Positions 42,023 to 54,000 of a stretch of DNA of 64,000 nucleotides are shown piece after piece; position 1 is the stretch's first letter, and each line of letters begins with the position of its first letter. Source of the stretch: Nostoc sp. DedSLP01 (GTDB lineage: Bacteria; Cyanobacteriota; Cyanobacteriia; Cyanobacteriales; Nostocaceae); NCBI GenBank assembly GCA_034530875.2, contig JAVRCJ020000010.1:64001-128000 (forward strand), in the 5' to 3' direction. Below the pieces are notes generated by a model. The model saw nothing but the letters and a program-made list of their open reading frames with translations. It searched no databases and was not told where the DNA came from. The position numbers and the translations under genes were made by a program.

Positions 42023-44329
42023 TTAAATTTCAAAAACTTCTGTTTCAGATGCCGCTAATTCTGTAGCTAAATGCTGAGAAAGTGCGGCAATTGTGGGATA
42101 ATGCACTAACATTAAAGGAGAAACTTGGACTCCTAAATATTTTTGTCCGGCGCTGGCAATACCAATTGCTAACATCGAATCCAATCCGTAGCTATCAAAA
42201 GGCGATCGAATATCTATTTCATCGGGTTTGACTCCCAGTTCTTTGGCAATTTGGGAAACTAGCCAGTTTTGAATATCTGTAACTGTTAGCGATTGCGGTT
42301 GCAATTGCTGTATGGATGGGGGTTCTGTTAATTTTGCTAAGAGTTGCGATAATAATTGCCATTCATCAGCAGATAGTTTTTCTGCTGCTGGTAGCTGTTG
42401 GATATTTCCTTGCTTAATTAACTCGATAATAGACAAGTCTGCATTGGACTGTTTTGTAGACTCAACCCAATAGCGTTGCCGTTGCCAAGGATAATTTGGT
42501 AATTGGACGCGATGGCACAAATCATCTGGGTACAATGCCGCCCAGTCTATTGTCACGCCTTTGATGTACGATCGAGCAACCGTTTCTAGAATGAATTGCC
42601 AATCTATTGGTTCTAAGTTGAGATTGGGTAGTTGCAGTTCGTCGGGGAAATTACTAGTCGCTTTACCTTGACTTAATCCTTCTACTTCCTTACCATCCCT
42701 AAAAGCCCCTAGTTTGCCTGCTAGTTCTAAGTTGGAACCGGCAATTACAGCGAGACGGTAGGGAAAATGCGATCGCTTAGTATTAGCTGTAAAACAAATA
42801 TCTGCCAAATTCAACTCCGAATTGGCAATTAAGTACTTCTCATAAGCTGCTGTTAACTGTACCAACGACTCTTGTGTTTTCGCAGATAGTGCTAATACAT
42901 GCAGAGGACGCGATAAGCGTTGTGGATTTTCTGTAGCCGTGTATTCTTCCAAGACTACATGAGCATTTGTCCCACTAAAGCTAAAAGCACTAACTCCAGC
43001 TATGCGTTGTTGACTTCCTTGATGCCAAGGCGTGTTTTGTGTCGGTACTTTAACTGGTAATTTCTCCCACTCAATATAAGAATTAGGCTTATTTAAATGT
43101 AGGTGGGGTGGAATTTCCCCATGCTGCATAGCTAGTACTATTTTCATTAAACTCGCCATACCAGAAGCAGCTTCCAAATGACCGATATTAGTTTTCACCG
43201 AGCCAATCAGTAAGGGATTGTCTTGGGGACGATCTTTGCCATATACTGCTGCCAAAGCTTCCACTTCAATTGGTTGTCCTACGGATGTGCTAGTACCTTG
43301 CACTTCTATGTAATTCATCGCATTTGGTGCAACACCAGCATTTTCCAACGCTTGGCGAATCAATGCTTGCTGAGACGGGCCGTTAGGAGCAATTAAACTG
43401 CTGCTGCGTCCGTTGTGGTTGACTGCGGAACCGCGAATTACAGCCAGAATTTTATCTTTATCGGCGACAGCATCAGACAAGCGTTTGAGGACAATGACGC
43501 CACAGCCCTCACCGCGTACATAGCCATTGGCGTCAGCATCAAAGGTTTTGCAGGAACCATCGGCATCTAACATTCTGGTTCTGGCAAAAGCGACGCTGGT
43601 TTCTGGGGATAGCAGTAAGTGAACGCCGCCTACTAGCGCCAAATGACACTCTTGATTGCGTAAGTGCTGACACGCTAAATGTAATGCCACCAATGAGGAA
43701 GAACAAGCGGTATCAACAGCTAAACTCGGCCCTTTTAATCCTAAAAAATAAGATAAGCGTCCAGCCGCTACACTTAAAGCATTGCCTGTAGCACAAAAAG
43801 CATCTACAGCAGTAGCGCCGCCAGTCTGCCAAATCATATTGTTATAGTCGTTGCTACAGATGCCTAAAAATACACCTGTGAGGCTGTTAAACAACTGTTC
43901 TGGTGGCTGATTGGCATTTTCTAGGGCTTCCCAAGCAACTTCTAATAATAAGCGTTGCTGGGGGTCGAGGCTTTTAGCTTCTGTGGCAGAAATCCCAAAA
44001 AATTGGGGGTCAAAGCTATCGAGTTGATGAGTTAAACAGCCTCCCTTACGGGTGTAAATTTTTCCTGGCGTATCTGGGTTGGGGTCGTAGTAAGCTGCTG
44101 TATCCCAGCGTTCTGGAGGAATATCGGTAATTGCATCAACACCATCACGCAACAACTGCCAAAATGCCTCTGGGTTATCAGCACCACCAGGGAATCGGCA
44201 ACCCATGCCTACAATAGCGATCGGTTCTTTTTTCGCATATTCTACAGCATCAAGCTGGGACTGCATCTTCTCTAGCGCCATCAGCGCCCGTTTGATTGGA
44301 GATAGGGAATTAGCTTGTTCAGAACTCAT
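42023..44329 (-). CDS. Type I PKS, non-elongating KS0-ACP (AT absent)
   Basis: DTACSSS and KTNIGHLE present but EAHGTGT replaced by EVQGTST; no GHSxG AT; ACP YGLDSM; C-terminus ETEVFEI. Confidence 0.88.
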   Translation of the reverse strand: MSSEQANSLSPIKRALMALEKMQSQLDAVEYAKKEPIAIVGMGCRFPGGADNPEAFWQLLRDGVDAITDIPPERWDTAAYYDPNPDTPGKIYTRKGGCLTHQLDSFDPQFFGISATEAKSLDPQQRLLLEVAWEALENANQPPEQLFNSLTGVFLGICSNDYNNMIWQTGGATAVDAFCATGNALSVAAGRLSYFLGLKGPSLAVDTACSSSLVALHLACQHLRNQECHLALVGGVHLLLSPETSVAFARTRMLDADGSCKTFDADANGYVRGEGCGVIVLKRLSDAVADKDKILAVIRGSAVNHNGRSSSLIAPNGPSQQALIRQALENAGVAPNAMNYIEVQGTSTSVGQPIEVEALAAVYGKDRPQDNPLLIGSVKTNIGHLEAASGMASLMKIVLAMQHGEIPPHLHLNKPNSYIEWEKLPVKVPTQNTPWHQGSQQRIAGVSAFSFSGTNAHVVLEEYTATENPQRLSRPLHVLALSAKTQESLVQLTAAYEKYLIANSELNLADICFTANTKRSHFPYRLAVIAGSNLELAGKLGAFRDGKEVEGLSQGKATSNFPDELQLPNLNLEPIDWQFILETVARSYIKGVTIDWAALYPDDLCHRVQLPNYPWQRQRYWVESTKQSNADLSIIELIKQGNIQQLPAAEKLSADEWQLLSQLLAKLTEPPSIQQLQPQSLTVTDIQNWLVSQIAKELGVKPDEIDIRSPFDSYGLDSMLAIGIASAGQKYLGVQVSPLMLVHYPTIAALSQHLATELAASETEVFEI

Positions 44330-44420
44330 GGTTGATGTTTGGGTGTAGTGGCAATTTTGGATTTTAGATTTGGGATTTTGGATTGAAAATGCGGATTTAT
44401 CAGCGATTCCAGAATGGCAG

Positions 44421-47400
44421 TTAATATTTCAAGTTGTCTAATTTGCTCAACAACAATGCTTCAGCTTCGCTGTCTGATAATTCCTCTAGTTCTGACTCAG
44501 CCATCCCCTGTGCTGGTACGGGAGAATTATCTGTTGATGGTTCAGGCGCTTGTGCCCATAATTCCTGAATGAAATAACTTACCAGAGCATCCACAGTGGG
44601 ATAATCAAAAATTAAGGATGCAGGGACAGAACAGCCTAAACTGCTTTGCAGACGGTTTCTTAATTCCACTGCCATCAGCGAGTCCATGCCCAATTCTAGA
44701 AAACCTTGTTTGGGGTCAATTTCCTCTGGCGATGCTAAATTAAGCACTTTGGCAATTTGCGATCGCACATAATTCATTAATAAAATTGGGCGTTGTTTCG
44801 GCTCGGCTGAGTCTAGTTGTTGGCGCAGTTCTGATGCCTGGGGTGTATTTTTTGTGCCTACTTCCTTAGTAAATTCTGCTAAGAATGGTAGTTCGACATC
44901 GCTGGGGAATTGGGCTGTAAATTTAGACCAGTCTACTGGTAACACGCCTACTTGAGGTAGATTTTGCTCGATGGCTTTTGCTAATATCTGCAATCCAGCC
45001 TTTAGAGGAATCGGCTGTACGCCCTGAGTTGCCCAACGAGCTTGTTCGCGGCTGCTTAAAGCAGCTGCCATCCCTGCATCCGCCCAAGGCCCCCAGTTGA
45101 TACTTAACCCTGGCAAACCTAATGCTTGACGATGATGCGCCAGTGCATCCATGAAGGCATTAGCGGCTGCATAGTTACCTTGTCCGGGGGAACCTAATAA
45201 AGCCGAGACTGAGGAGAAACAAACAAAGAAGTCTAAGTCTAGTTCCTGAGTTAAAGTATGCAAATTCCACGCACCTGCAACTTTGGGAGCCATGACTCGT
45301 TCAAAATTTTCCCAAGTCTGTCTGAGTAACATCCCATCAGACAACAAGCCAGCTGCATGGATGATGCCACGCAAAGGCGGCATGGATGCCTTCAATGTGG
45401 CTAACATCTGGCTTACGTCTGCTTGCTGAGACACATCTGCGGTCACAACTAACACCCGCGCTCCAGCTTGCTCTAAGCGCTCAATTGCTGGTTGAATTTG
45501 TGGAGATACCCCGCGCCTTCCCGTTAACACAAGATTTTGTGCGCCTTGTTCAACCAACCATTGAGCAACTTGTAAACCCAATGCTCCCAAACCGCCGGTA
45601 ATTAGGTAAGTGCTATTAGCTTGAATCGTTGTTTTCTCGGACTTCTGAATTGGGGGAATGCTGACAACTACCTTACCAATGTGCTTGGATTGTGCCATGT
45701 AACGGAAAGCGTTGGCGACATCCTGAATCGAGAAAACGCTAGCTGGCAGGGGTTTGAGCGAACCCTGTTGAAATTCTGCCATCAGTTCCCCTAACATTTG
45801 CCCGATTAAACTAGGGTTTTCTAGGGAAATATCCAGCAAATCAAAGGGGATATAAGCTACATCAGGTCTGCTATCTTTAACTTGGTCGGCATCCCAGATA
45901 CCAATTTTACCGATTTCCACAAACCGACCGCGATCGCTTAACACTTGCAAACTCTTGGGAATATACTCCCCATTGAGGCTGTTAAGTACTACATCAACGC
46001 CTTGTCCAGAGGTAATTTCTGGAATTTGCTCGGCAAACTCTAAGCTACGCGAGTTCATCACCTGCTGTACCCCCGTAGCTCGTAGATGCTCCCATTTACT
46101 AGGACTAGCTGTAGCTAGTATTTCTGCTCCTACGCGCTGGGCTAACTGTACGGCAGCTTGTCCTACACCCCCAGCAGCCGCATGAATTAATACTCGCTCT
46201 CCCGATTTAAGCTTGGCTTGCTGGTATAAGCCGTAGTAGGCGGTTAAAAAGGCAGTGGGAATTGTCGCGGCTTCCTCAAAACTCAAGTTTTCCGGCTTGC
46301 GAACTACAAATTCTGACTTGACAATTACAAAGCTTGCAAAACTGCCTATAGTCTGAGCCGCAATCACCGCATCGCCTACTTGGACGTGGGAGACATTCTC
46401 GCCAACTGCCACGACTACACCAGAACATTCCCCACCAAAAGGTAACTGCGCGGCATCTGTAATACCCATTTGCTCAGTATATTCCTTGAGCATCCCCAAA
46501 GCATTCAGAACATCGCGGAAGTTCAAACCCACAGCGCGGACAGCAATTTCTACTTCTCCCGGCCCCGGTTGACGGCGTTGCATCGATGCCAAGGTTAAAT
46601 TCTCAAATACTCCGTACTCAGAAATTTGCAGTTGGAAAGGTTGACTGGCAACTGCTGCCTTGCCATTCGTGTCAGACCGTACTAACCTAGCGACATAACG
46701 CAATCCTTGGCGGTAGGCAATTTGGTCTTCTCGGCTTGGTACTAACAATTCCTGAGCAAGGGAGGGGATGCTATCTTCGGGAGCGTTAGGGTCTATATCC
46801 AAGCGAACGCATTGCAATTCTGGGTGTTCTGCGGCAATTACGCGCCCCAATCCCCACAAGGTTGCTGGTTCGACTTGTAGTGGAGTTGGTTGTTCGCCTA
46901 CAGGTTGCGTACCTTTAGTTACTAAATAGAGGCGGGGCAATGCTGGTAATTTGGCATTGTAAATTGCCTGTAGTAAAAACAACACGCTGCCGCAGCTGGC
47001 GAGTTGCGTATCGGTAGTTGTATCGCTACTCCATAAATGGATGATTCCCTGACATGGGTTGTCTTGGATGAGGCGCTCAAAATCTTGGGGACGAGTCAGG
47101 TTAATTTGATAGCGGTCTGCTTGTAACTGCTCGTAAGCTGCTCCCGCAGAAACCATGATGCAGCGATCGCCTGCTGCTGTCAACAACTGCGCTAGTTTCT
47201 GCCCCAAACCCGCTTGGTCGGCAAATATCAGCCAGTTGCTAGTCTGTTTGTTAGTAGATACTGGCTCCAAGTTTTGTTTCTGCCAAGCGATTTGATACAA
47301 CCAGTTATCTGTAGTTTCTTGTGCTGGTAATACTTTTGCCAAGATACGTTCAAAGGCTTTCTTGCTAATGCGACGAAAAGATAAGCCTGTGATTTTGGCG

Positions 47401-50400
47401 ACTACTTCACCAGCGACATTCACCAGCGACAAATCAGCTTGCAGATTTTGTTGCTTGGTATCTTGAAATTCTATCTTTTCTACCCGGCTCCACAGAGAAT
47501 TACCCGCACGTTGGTAGATTTGTAATTGTTCTACACCCACAGGTAAGTAGACATCTTGCTGTCCGCGTTCGGGGAAGTTTGTACCGAGTATTTGGAAGCA
47601 AGCATCTAATAATACTGGGTGTAGTATATATTTGCTAACATCTTCTGTTAGAGGTGATGGCAGGCGAATTTCCCCTAAAGCTTGGGTTTGACCTTTCCAT
47701 AAGCGGGCGATCGCTTGGAATTTTTCGCCGTAATCAAAACCGCGATCGTGTAAGCTTTGGTAGTATTCTTTAACAGATATCTCAGTAGAATACTCACCCA
47801 GCAACCCAGCCAAATCTACTGGGGTAGAATGAGTTTCTGTATTGTCTAACCCTACCTTACCAGATGCATGGAGTGTCCAGCGATCGCCATTACTCTCATC
47901 CTCTGAGTAGCTCAACACCTGCCAGGAATATAGCGTGCTGTTTTCCGGAGTCAGCACCACCTGTACAGTTTTGGGTTCGTCTCCAGAAAATACCAAAGCT
48001 TGCTGAATAGATACCGCTTCTAACTGCACGCGATCTGTTTTGAAGATAATTGCCCCTGCTGACAAAGCCATTTCCATGTATGCAGTGGCAGGTAAGATAG
48101 CGGCATTATAGATGCAATGGTCTTGGAGAAAACTAGGCGATGCAGCACTAATTTCAGACTCAAAATGAATTGACTGGCTGCTTGCTAGGGGCAAACGTTG
48201 TCCCAATAGAGGATGCAGAATTTTTCTAGCTTTGCCATTTTTGGACATTAGCGCAGGTTGATTTTGCCGCACACCAAAGTTTTCTATCCAAAAACGCTGA
48301 CGTTGAAAAGGATAAGTTGGCAAATGCAAACGCACACGGCAATAATCAGCATCAAAAGCTTGCCAATCCAGAGCCACACCATGACAATGTAACTGCGCCA
48401 AGGACGATAACATCACCTGCCAATCATCTTGTCCTGGTCTTATTGAAGGTAACCACAATCCCTCGGCTTTTGTAACGCACTGGCGACCCATACCCAACAA
48501 TATCGGTTTGGGGCCGATTTCTAGATATGCCGCCACCTTCTGTTGTTCTAATGTCGCCATACTCATGGCGAATTCTACCGGGCTGAGAATGTGACGACAC
48601 CAATATTGAGGTGTGGCGATTTCTTGTGTGGCTAATTCTCCAGTCAGATTGGAAATTAGTTTGAGCTTAGGTTGAGCAAACTTAATAGAGTTGGCAACTT
48701 CTACAAACTCTGCCAACATCGGCTGCATCAAGGGAGAGTGGAAAGCATGGGATACTTGCAGGGGTTTGGTTTTTATCCCCATACTTGCGAGTTCGCTGCA
48801 AATCTCACTAATGGCTGATTTCTCCCCAGAGATTACCAAGCTTGTAGGGCCGTTTACCGCAGCGATGGCAATTTTCTCTGGGTATGCTGCTAGTAGTGGC
48901 TCTACTTGTTCAACTGTTGCCATGACTGCTACCATTGACCCGTTTTCTGGTAGGGCTTGCATCAATCTGCCACGGGCGGCTATTAGTTTTAACCCGTCTT
49001 CGAGACTAAATACTCCAGCAACACAGGCGGCGACGTATTCACCGACGCTATGACCTAGCACTATATCTGGTTTAATTCCCCAGGATTGCCATAGTTGATA
49101 GAGGGCATATTCCAAGGCAAATAAAGCTGCTTGGGTGTAGTTTGTATTATCAATGGGGCTTGTGATGCCTGGTTGGGGATATAAAACTTCTAATAATGGT
49201 TTATCGAGATATGGTTTGAGGATTTGGTCGCATTGGTCGATGGTTTGGCGGAATTTGGCTTGGGTTTGGTACAATTTTTGTCCCATGCCTGCGTACTGCG
49301 ACCCTTGTCCTGTAAATAAAAAGGCAATTTTTTTACTAGATGCCTCTGCCTCACTTAAAATCACTCCCGGAACATCTTCCCCCGACACCCAACTAGTTAG
49401 CTGTGTCAATGCTGACATTGTGGAGTCAGCCAAAATGCTGAGACGATATTTCCAATGCGATCGCCCAGTATTAGCAGTAAAGCAAATATCTGCTAAAGAT
49501 GCTTCGGGATGAGACTGTAAATAATTAATATAACGCTGCGCCAATTCCCGCAAAGCCTTCTCAGACTTCGCTGAGAGTGCAAGCAGGTGATAAGGACGCT
49601 CCCCTGCCCCCTGCTCCCTGCCCCCTGCTCCCTGCCCAAATACAGGCGCTTCTGCCAAAATTACATGAGCATTAGTACCACTCGCACCAAAGGAACTGAC
49701 TCCGGCCAAGCGTTGTTTTGCTCCCACCGGCCAAGGTGTAGCTTGGGTGGTTACCGATACAGGTAATTCTTCCCAGTTAATATGGGCGTTTAGTTGCTTT
49801 AAATGCAAGTGTGGCGGAATTTGCTGATGTTGCAGGGAGAGTATCACCTTAATCATCCCAGCAATACCTGCGGCTGATTCCAAATGCCCGATATTTGTTT
49901 TCACCGCCCCAATTTTCAGAGGATTTTCTGCTGTGCGTCCTGCACCCAAAACAGCAGCTAAAGCTCTGACTTCAATGGGGTCGCCCAGGGAAGTACCGGT
50001 ACCGTGAGCTTCTACATAATCTACCTCTTCCGGTTTGACTTTAGCCCTGGTTAAAGCCTGACGAATCAAGCTTTCCTGGGCGGCACGATTGGGGACTGTA
50101 AACCCACTACTAGCACCGTCTTGATTGACTGCCGAACCACGAATCAAGGCTAAAATGCGATCGCCATCAGCCACCGCATCTGAAAGGCGTTTGAGTACCA
50201 AAACCCCACAACCTTCTCCTCTAGTAATGCCATCAGCTTCATTGTCAAAGGTTTTGCAGCGTCCATCAGCAGACAAGACCTTGGCTTTTGATAAGCCGAC
50301 ATTATTTTCTGGAGTTAATATTAAGTTGACACCAGCAGCTAAAGCGCGATCGCATTCTTGGTTCCGCAAGCTTTGACAAGCTAGATGCACGGCTACCAAG

Positions 50401-51053
50401 GAGGATGAGCAAGCTGTATCCACAGCCATACAAGGGCCGTGCAATCCCAAAGTGTAAGACAGGCGACCCGCTACGGCATTGAGGGGATTACCTGTAAGGT
50501 AATAAGGATCGATTTGGCTCAAGTCTCCACCGGGAGTAATCAATCTGGCGTAGTCGTTGGTTGTAATCCCAATAAATACGCCTGTTTGCCCGTTAACTTT
50601 CTCTTGAGGAAGTATCCCCGCATTTTCTAAAGCTTCCCAAGTCACTTCTAACAATATCCGTTGTTGCGGGTCTAACTTCACAGCTTCCCGTGGAGAAATG
50701 CCGAAAAATTGCGCGTCGAATTGGTCTACCTGCTGCAAAAATCCCCCGTAGCGGGAATACATCTTACCTGGTGTATCTGGATTGGCGTCATAGTAATCTG
50801 CCAAAGACCACCTTTCGGTGGGAATTTCTGTAATTGCGTCTACACCATTGATTAACAATTGCCAATATTCTTCCGGATTGGTGACACCACCGGGAAAGCG
50901 ACAGCTTAAACCTACAATAGCGATCGCTTCTGTTTTAGCACGCTCGACAGCTTCTAATTTTTTGACAGCTTCATCTAAAGCTAACAAAATGCGTTGTGAT
51001 GAATTCAGCTGTTCTAATTTATCTTTATCTATTTTTTTTGGTATATTATTCAT
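44421..51053 (-). CDS. Type I PKS module KS-AT-DH-ER-KR-ACP
   Basis: DTACSSS/EAHGTGT/GHLE; AT GHSVG and HAFH; DH HPLLG…DHCIYNAAILP, LLDACFQ; ER LIHAAAGGVG; KR TGGLGALG, LSDG, YAAAN; ACP GMDSL. Confidence 0.95.
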   Translation of the reverse strand: MNNIPKKIDKDKLEQLNSSQRILLALDEAVKKLEAVERAKTEAIAIVGLSCRFPGGVTNPEEYWQLLINGVDAITEIPTERWSLADYYDANPDTPGKMYSRYGGFLQQVDQFDAQFFGISPREAVKLDPQQRILLEVTWEALENAGILPQEKVNGQTGVFIGITTNDYARLITPGGDLSQIDPYYLTGNPLNAVAGRLSYTLGLHGPCMAVDTACSSSLVAVHLACQSLRNQECDRALAAGVNLILTPENNVGLSKAKVLSADGRCKTFDNEADGITRGEGCGVLVLKRLSDAVADGDRILALIRGSAVNQDGASSGFTVPNRAAQESLIRQALTRAKVKPEEVDYVEAHGTGTSLGDPIEVRALAAVLGAGRTAENPLKIGAVKTNIGHLESAAGIAGMIKVILSLQHQQIPPHLHLKQLNAHINWEELPVSVTTQATPWPVGAKQRLAGVSSFGASGTNAHVILAEAPVFGQGAGGREQGAGERPYHLLALSAKSEKALRELAQRYINYLQSHPEASLADICFTANTGRSHWKYRLSILADSTMSALTQLTSWVSGEDVPGVILSEAEASSKKIAFLFTGQGSQYAGMGQKLYQTQAKFRQTIDQCDQILKPYLDKPLLEVLYPQPGITSPIDNTNYTQAALFALEYALYQLWQSWGIKPDIVLGHSVGEYVAACVAGVFSLEDGLKLIAARGRLMQALPENGSMVAVMATVEQVEPLLAAYPEKIAIAAVNGPTSLVISGEKSAISEICSELASMGIKTKPLQVSHAFHSPLMQPMLAEFVEVANSIKFAQPKLKLISNLTGELATQEIATPQYWCRHILSPVEFAMSMATLEQQKVAAYLEIGPKPILLGMGRQCVTKAEGLWLPSIRPGQDDWQVMLSSLAQLHCHGVALDWQAFDADYCRVRLHLPTYPFQRQRFWIENFGVRQNQPALMSKNGKARKILHPLLGQRLPLASSQSIHFESEISAASPSFLQDHCIYNAAILPATAYMEMALSAGAIIFKTDRVQLEAVSIQQALVFSGDEPKTVQVVLTPENSTLYSWQVLSYSEDESNGDRWTLHASGKVGLDNTETHSTPVDLAGLLGEYSTEISVKEYYQSLHDRGFDYGEKFQAIARLWKGQTQALGEIRLPSPLTEDVSKYILHPVLLDACFQILGTNFPERGQQDVYLPVGVEQLQIYQRAGNSLWSRVEKIEFQDTKQQNLQADLSLVNVAGEVVAKITGLSFRRISKKAFERILAKVLPAQETTDNWLYQIAWQKQNLEPVSTNKQTSNWLIFADQAGLGQKLAQLLTAAGDRCIMVSAGAAYEQLQADRYQINLTRPQDFERLIQDNPCQGIIHLWSSDTTTDTQLASCGSVLFLLQAIYNAKLPALPRLYLVTKGTQPVGEQPTPLQVEPATLWGLGRVIAAEHPELQCVRLDIDPNAPEDSIPSLAQELLVPSREDQIAYRQGLRYVARLVRSDTNGKAAVASQPFQLQISEYGVFENLTLASMQRRQPGPGEVEIAVRAVGLNFRDVLNALGMLKEYTEQMGITDAAQLPFGGECSGVVVAVGENVSHVQVGDAVIAAQTIGSFASFVIVKSEFVVRKPENLSFEEAATIPTAFLTAYYGLYQQAKLKSGERVLIHAAAGGVGQAAVQLAQRVGAEILATASPSKWEHLRATGVQQVMNSRSLEFAEQIPEITSGQGVDVVLNSLNGEYIPKSLQVLSDRGRFVEIGKIGIWDADQVKDSRPDVAYIPFDLLDISLENPSLIGQMLGELMAEFQQGSLKPLPASVFSIQDVANAFRYMAQSKHIGKVVVSIPPIQKSEKTTIQANSTYLITGGLGALGLQVAQWLVEQGAQNLVLTGRRGVSPQIQPAIERLEQAGARVLVVTADVSQQADVSQMLATLKASMPPLRGIIHAAGLLSDGMLLRQTWENFERVMAPKVAGAWNLHTLTQELDLDFFVCFSSVSALLGSPGQGNYAAANAFMDALAHHRQALGLPGLSINWGPWADAGMAAALSSREQARWATQGVQPIPLKAGLQILAKAIEQNLPQVGVLPVDWSKFTAQFPSDVELPFLAEFTKEVGTKNTPQASELRQQLDSAEPKQRPILLMNYVRSQIAKVLNLASPEEIDPKQGFLELGMDSLMAVELRNRLQSSLGCSVPASLIFDYPTVDALVSYFIQELWAQAPEPSTDNSPVPAQGMAESELEELSDSEAEALLLSKLDNLKY
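48288..49330 (-). repeat. AT-domain duplication, copy A
   Basis: Near-identical to 53156-54198 (offset 4868 nt). Confidence 0.9.
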
Positions 51054-51070
51054 GCTAAATATAGTGCCTT

Positions 51071-54000
51071 TTATCCAATTAAGCTTTCTAGTTGTGCCAA
51101 TCTTTCAGCAATTGAGGCTTCTAGTTCGTCGTCAGATAGGTGTGTAATTTCTAATACATCCGTAGTTGGCTCGGTTTCTACTTCCTGTTGCTCGTCTTGC
51201 CAATGTAGAACTTCCTTACCCAAATATGTAGCTAAGTCTTGAATGTTGGGCGCTTCAAACAGCAGAGTTCCAGGCAAAGAACAGTTGAGAGCAGTTTCCA
51301 GACGGGTTTTTAAATCAACAGCCATCAAAGAATCTATACCCATCTCAAAGAAACCCCGATGTGTTTCTGGTAGTTCGGACATTCCTAACACTTGAGAGAT
51401 TTGGGTTTGCAAGTATGCAATTAAGATAATTTGACGTTCGTTTACCGTTGCTGTTGCTAATTTTTGTAATATTTCTGACTTCTTTTCTACAGCTTTTCCT
51501 GTATTTTCCTGTACCTGCCTACCTAACTTCTCTAACAGCAGGCGTTGCCCTCTAGCTTCATAAATCCCTTTAAACACAGTCCAATCAATATTAGCGATGG
51601 TGACTTGGGATGCATCTGCTTTCAAAGCCACTCCCAAAGCGTTTAATGCTAGCTGTGGTTGCAAAGCCTGGACTCCCATCCTGGCTAAAAACTGCTCGGC
51701 TTCTCCTACAGCCATGCCTACTTCTGCCCAAGGCCCCCAATTGACGCTCAATGCAGGTAATCCTTTGCTGCGTCGGTAATTTGCTAAGGTATCGAGGAAA
51801 TGGTTGGCGGCTGCGTAATGGGCTTGTCCTTTAGATCCCCACACAGAGGCGATGGAAGAAAAACTAACAAACAAGTCTAATTCCAGATTTTCGGTGAGTT
51901 GGTGCAGAATCCATCCGCCCAGGACTTTCGGACGCAGAATAGATTCCCAAGTAGTCAAATCCATCCCGGTGATGGTATCATAACCGACTACACCTGCTGC
52001 ATGAATTACACCTTTCAGGGGCGGCATTGATTCTGCTACCGTTTCTAGCACGCGCAACATATCTGTTTTATTAGATACATCTGCTTGTGCTATCAAAATC
52101 TTAATTCCAGCCGCCTGCATCTTGCTAATAGTCGCCTGTGCCTCTGATGATGCACCTCTGCGTCCCAGTAACACTAAGGATTTGACGCCTTGGTTAACAA
52201 GCCACTCAGCTAATTTGAGTCCTAAAGCACCCAGCCCACCAGTAATTAAATAAGTACCGTCGTAGTTGAAATTTGTTTGTGATGATGCTGTTGGCTGCAT
52301 CGGTACTAACCGCGCCACATAACGCTGTCCTGAACGAAAAGCTAAATGGTCTTCTTTTTGAGCGTCGTTAATTTCTGCCAACAGCGTTAAAGCTTCATTA
52401 GCTGTAGGTTGTGGGTCTAAATCTATCATTCCTCCCCATAACTCTGGGTGTTCCAGTGCTACTACCTTACCTACCCCCCACACAGGTGATTGCTGTACGG
52501 CTGGTAGTGAGGAATTGACAGACATTGCTCCCCGCGTCACTAACCATAAGGTCGGAGTTACAGGTTGTTGATATTCTGCGATCGCCCCAATCAGATGTAA
52601 TACACTGATACACTCCCCAGACAAAGAGAAATCTGTCGTCTGAGTTGTTTCTAAATTCCACAGATGTATTACTCCCCGCCAAGGCAATTCACCAGATGGC
52701 AAGGCTTCTTGCAATAACCTCGAAAAATCTTCCCGGTGGGCTGGATTTACCGACCAAGTGGTTGTTTCTTGCTGCTGATAGACATCACCAGGATAGACGA
52801 GAATACAGCGATGACCTTGATTTTCGAGTAATTGGGCGATCGCTTGTCCTAAACCACCGCGATCGCCTAATATTAACCAACTACCAAGTTGTTGAGGCAC
52901 TTGTGCCTCCGACTGGCGGCGGGATTGGGGTTGCCATGCAATCTGATAAAACCAATCGGGAATTGTTGGGGAAGCGATTTCTAAATGGTGCTGCTTCACC
53001 AACACCTCCAGCAGTTTTGGTAAATATATCTGCTCGTCTGCCGACAGTTGACTAGCTAACTGCTGAGTTAATTGTTCTACATTTCCCTGATGTAGCAGTT
53101 TCACTATTGAGCTTTGAACTAAGTCATCAGTTTTTTGCTCACTTTTACTCTCTACCCAAAAACGCTGACGTTGAAAAGGATAAGTTGGCAAATGCAAACG
53201 CATACGCTCATAAACAGCGTCAAAGCCTTGCCAATCAACAGCCACACCATGACAATGTAACTGCGCCAACGACGATAACATCACCTGCCAATCATCTTGT
53301 CCTGGTCTGAGTGAAGGTAACCACAATCCCTCGGCTTTTGTAACGCACTCACGACCCATACCCAACAATATTGGTTTAGGGCCAATTTCAACATACGCCG
53401 CTACCTTCTGTTGTTCTAATGTCGCTATACTCGCAGCAAATTCTACTGGACTGAGAATGTGACGACACCAATATTCAGGTGTGGCGATTTCTTGTGTGGC
53501 TAATTCTCCAGTCAGATTAGAAATTAGCTTGAGCTTAGGAGCAGCGAATTTAATAGAGTTGGCAACTTGCATAAAGTCTGCCAACATCGGCTGCATCAAG
53601 GGAGAATGGAAAGCATGAGATACTTGCAGTGGTTTGGTTTTTATCCCCATACTTGCCAGTTGGCTGCAAATTTCACTAATGGCTGATTTCTCCCCAGAGA
53701 TTACCAAGCTTCTAGCGCCGTTAACTGCGGCGATGGCTATTTTCTCTGAGTATGCTGCTAGCAGTGGCTGTAGTTGTTCAACTGTTGCCATGACTGCTAC
53801 CATTGACCCATTTTCTGGTAGCGCTTGCATCAATCTGCCACGGGCAGCTATTAGTTTTAACCCGTCTTCGAGGCTAAATACTCCCGCGACGCAGGCGGCG
53901 ACGTATTCACCGACGCTATGACCCAGGACTATATCTGGTTTGATTCCCCAGGATTGCCATAGTTGATAGAGGGCATATTCAAGGGCAAATAGGGCTGCTT

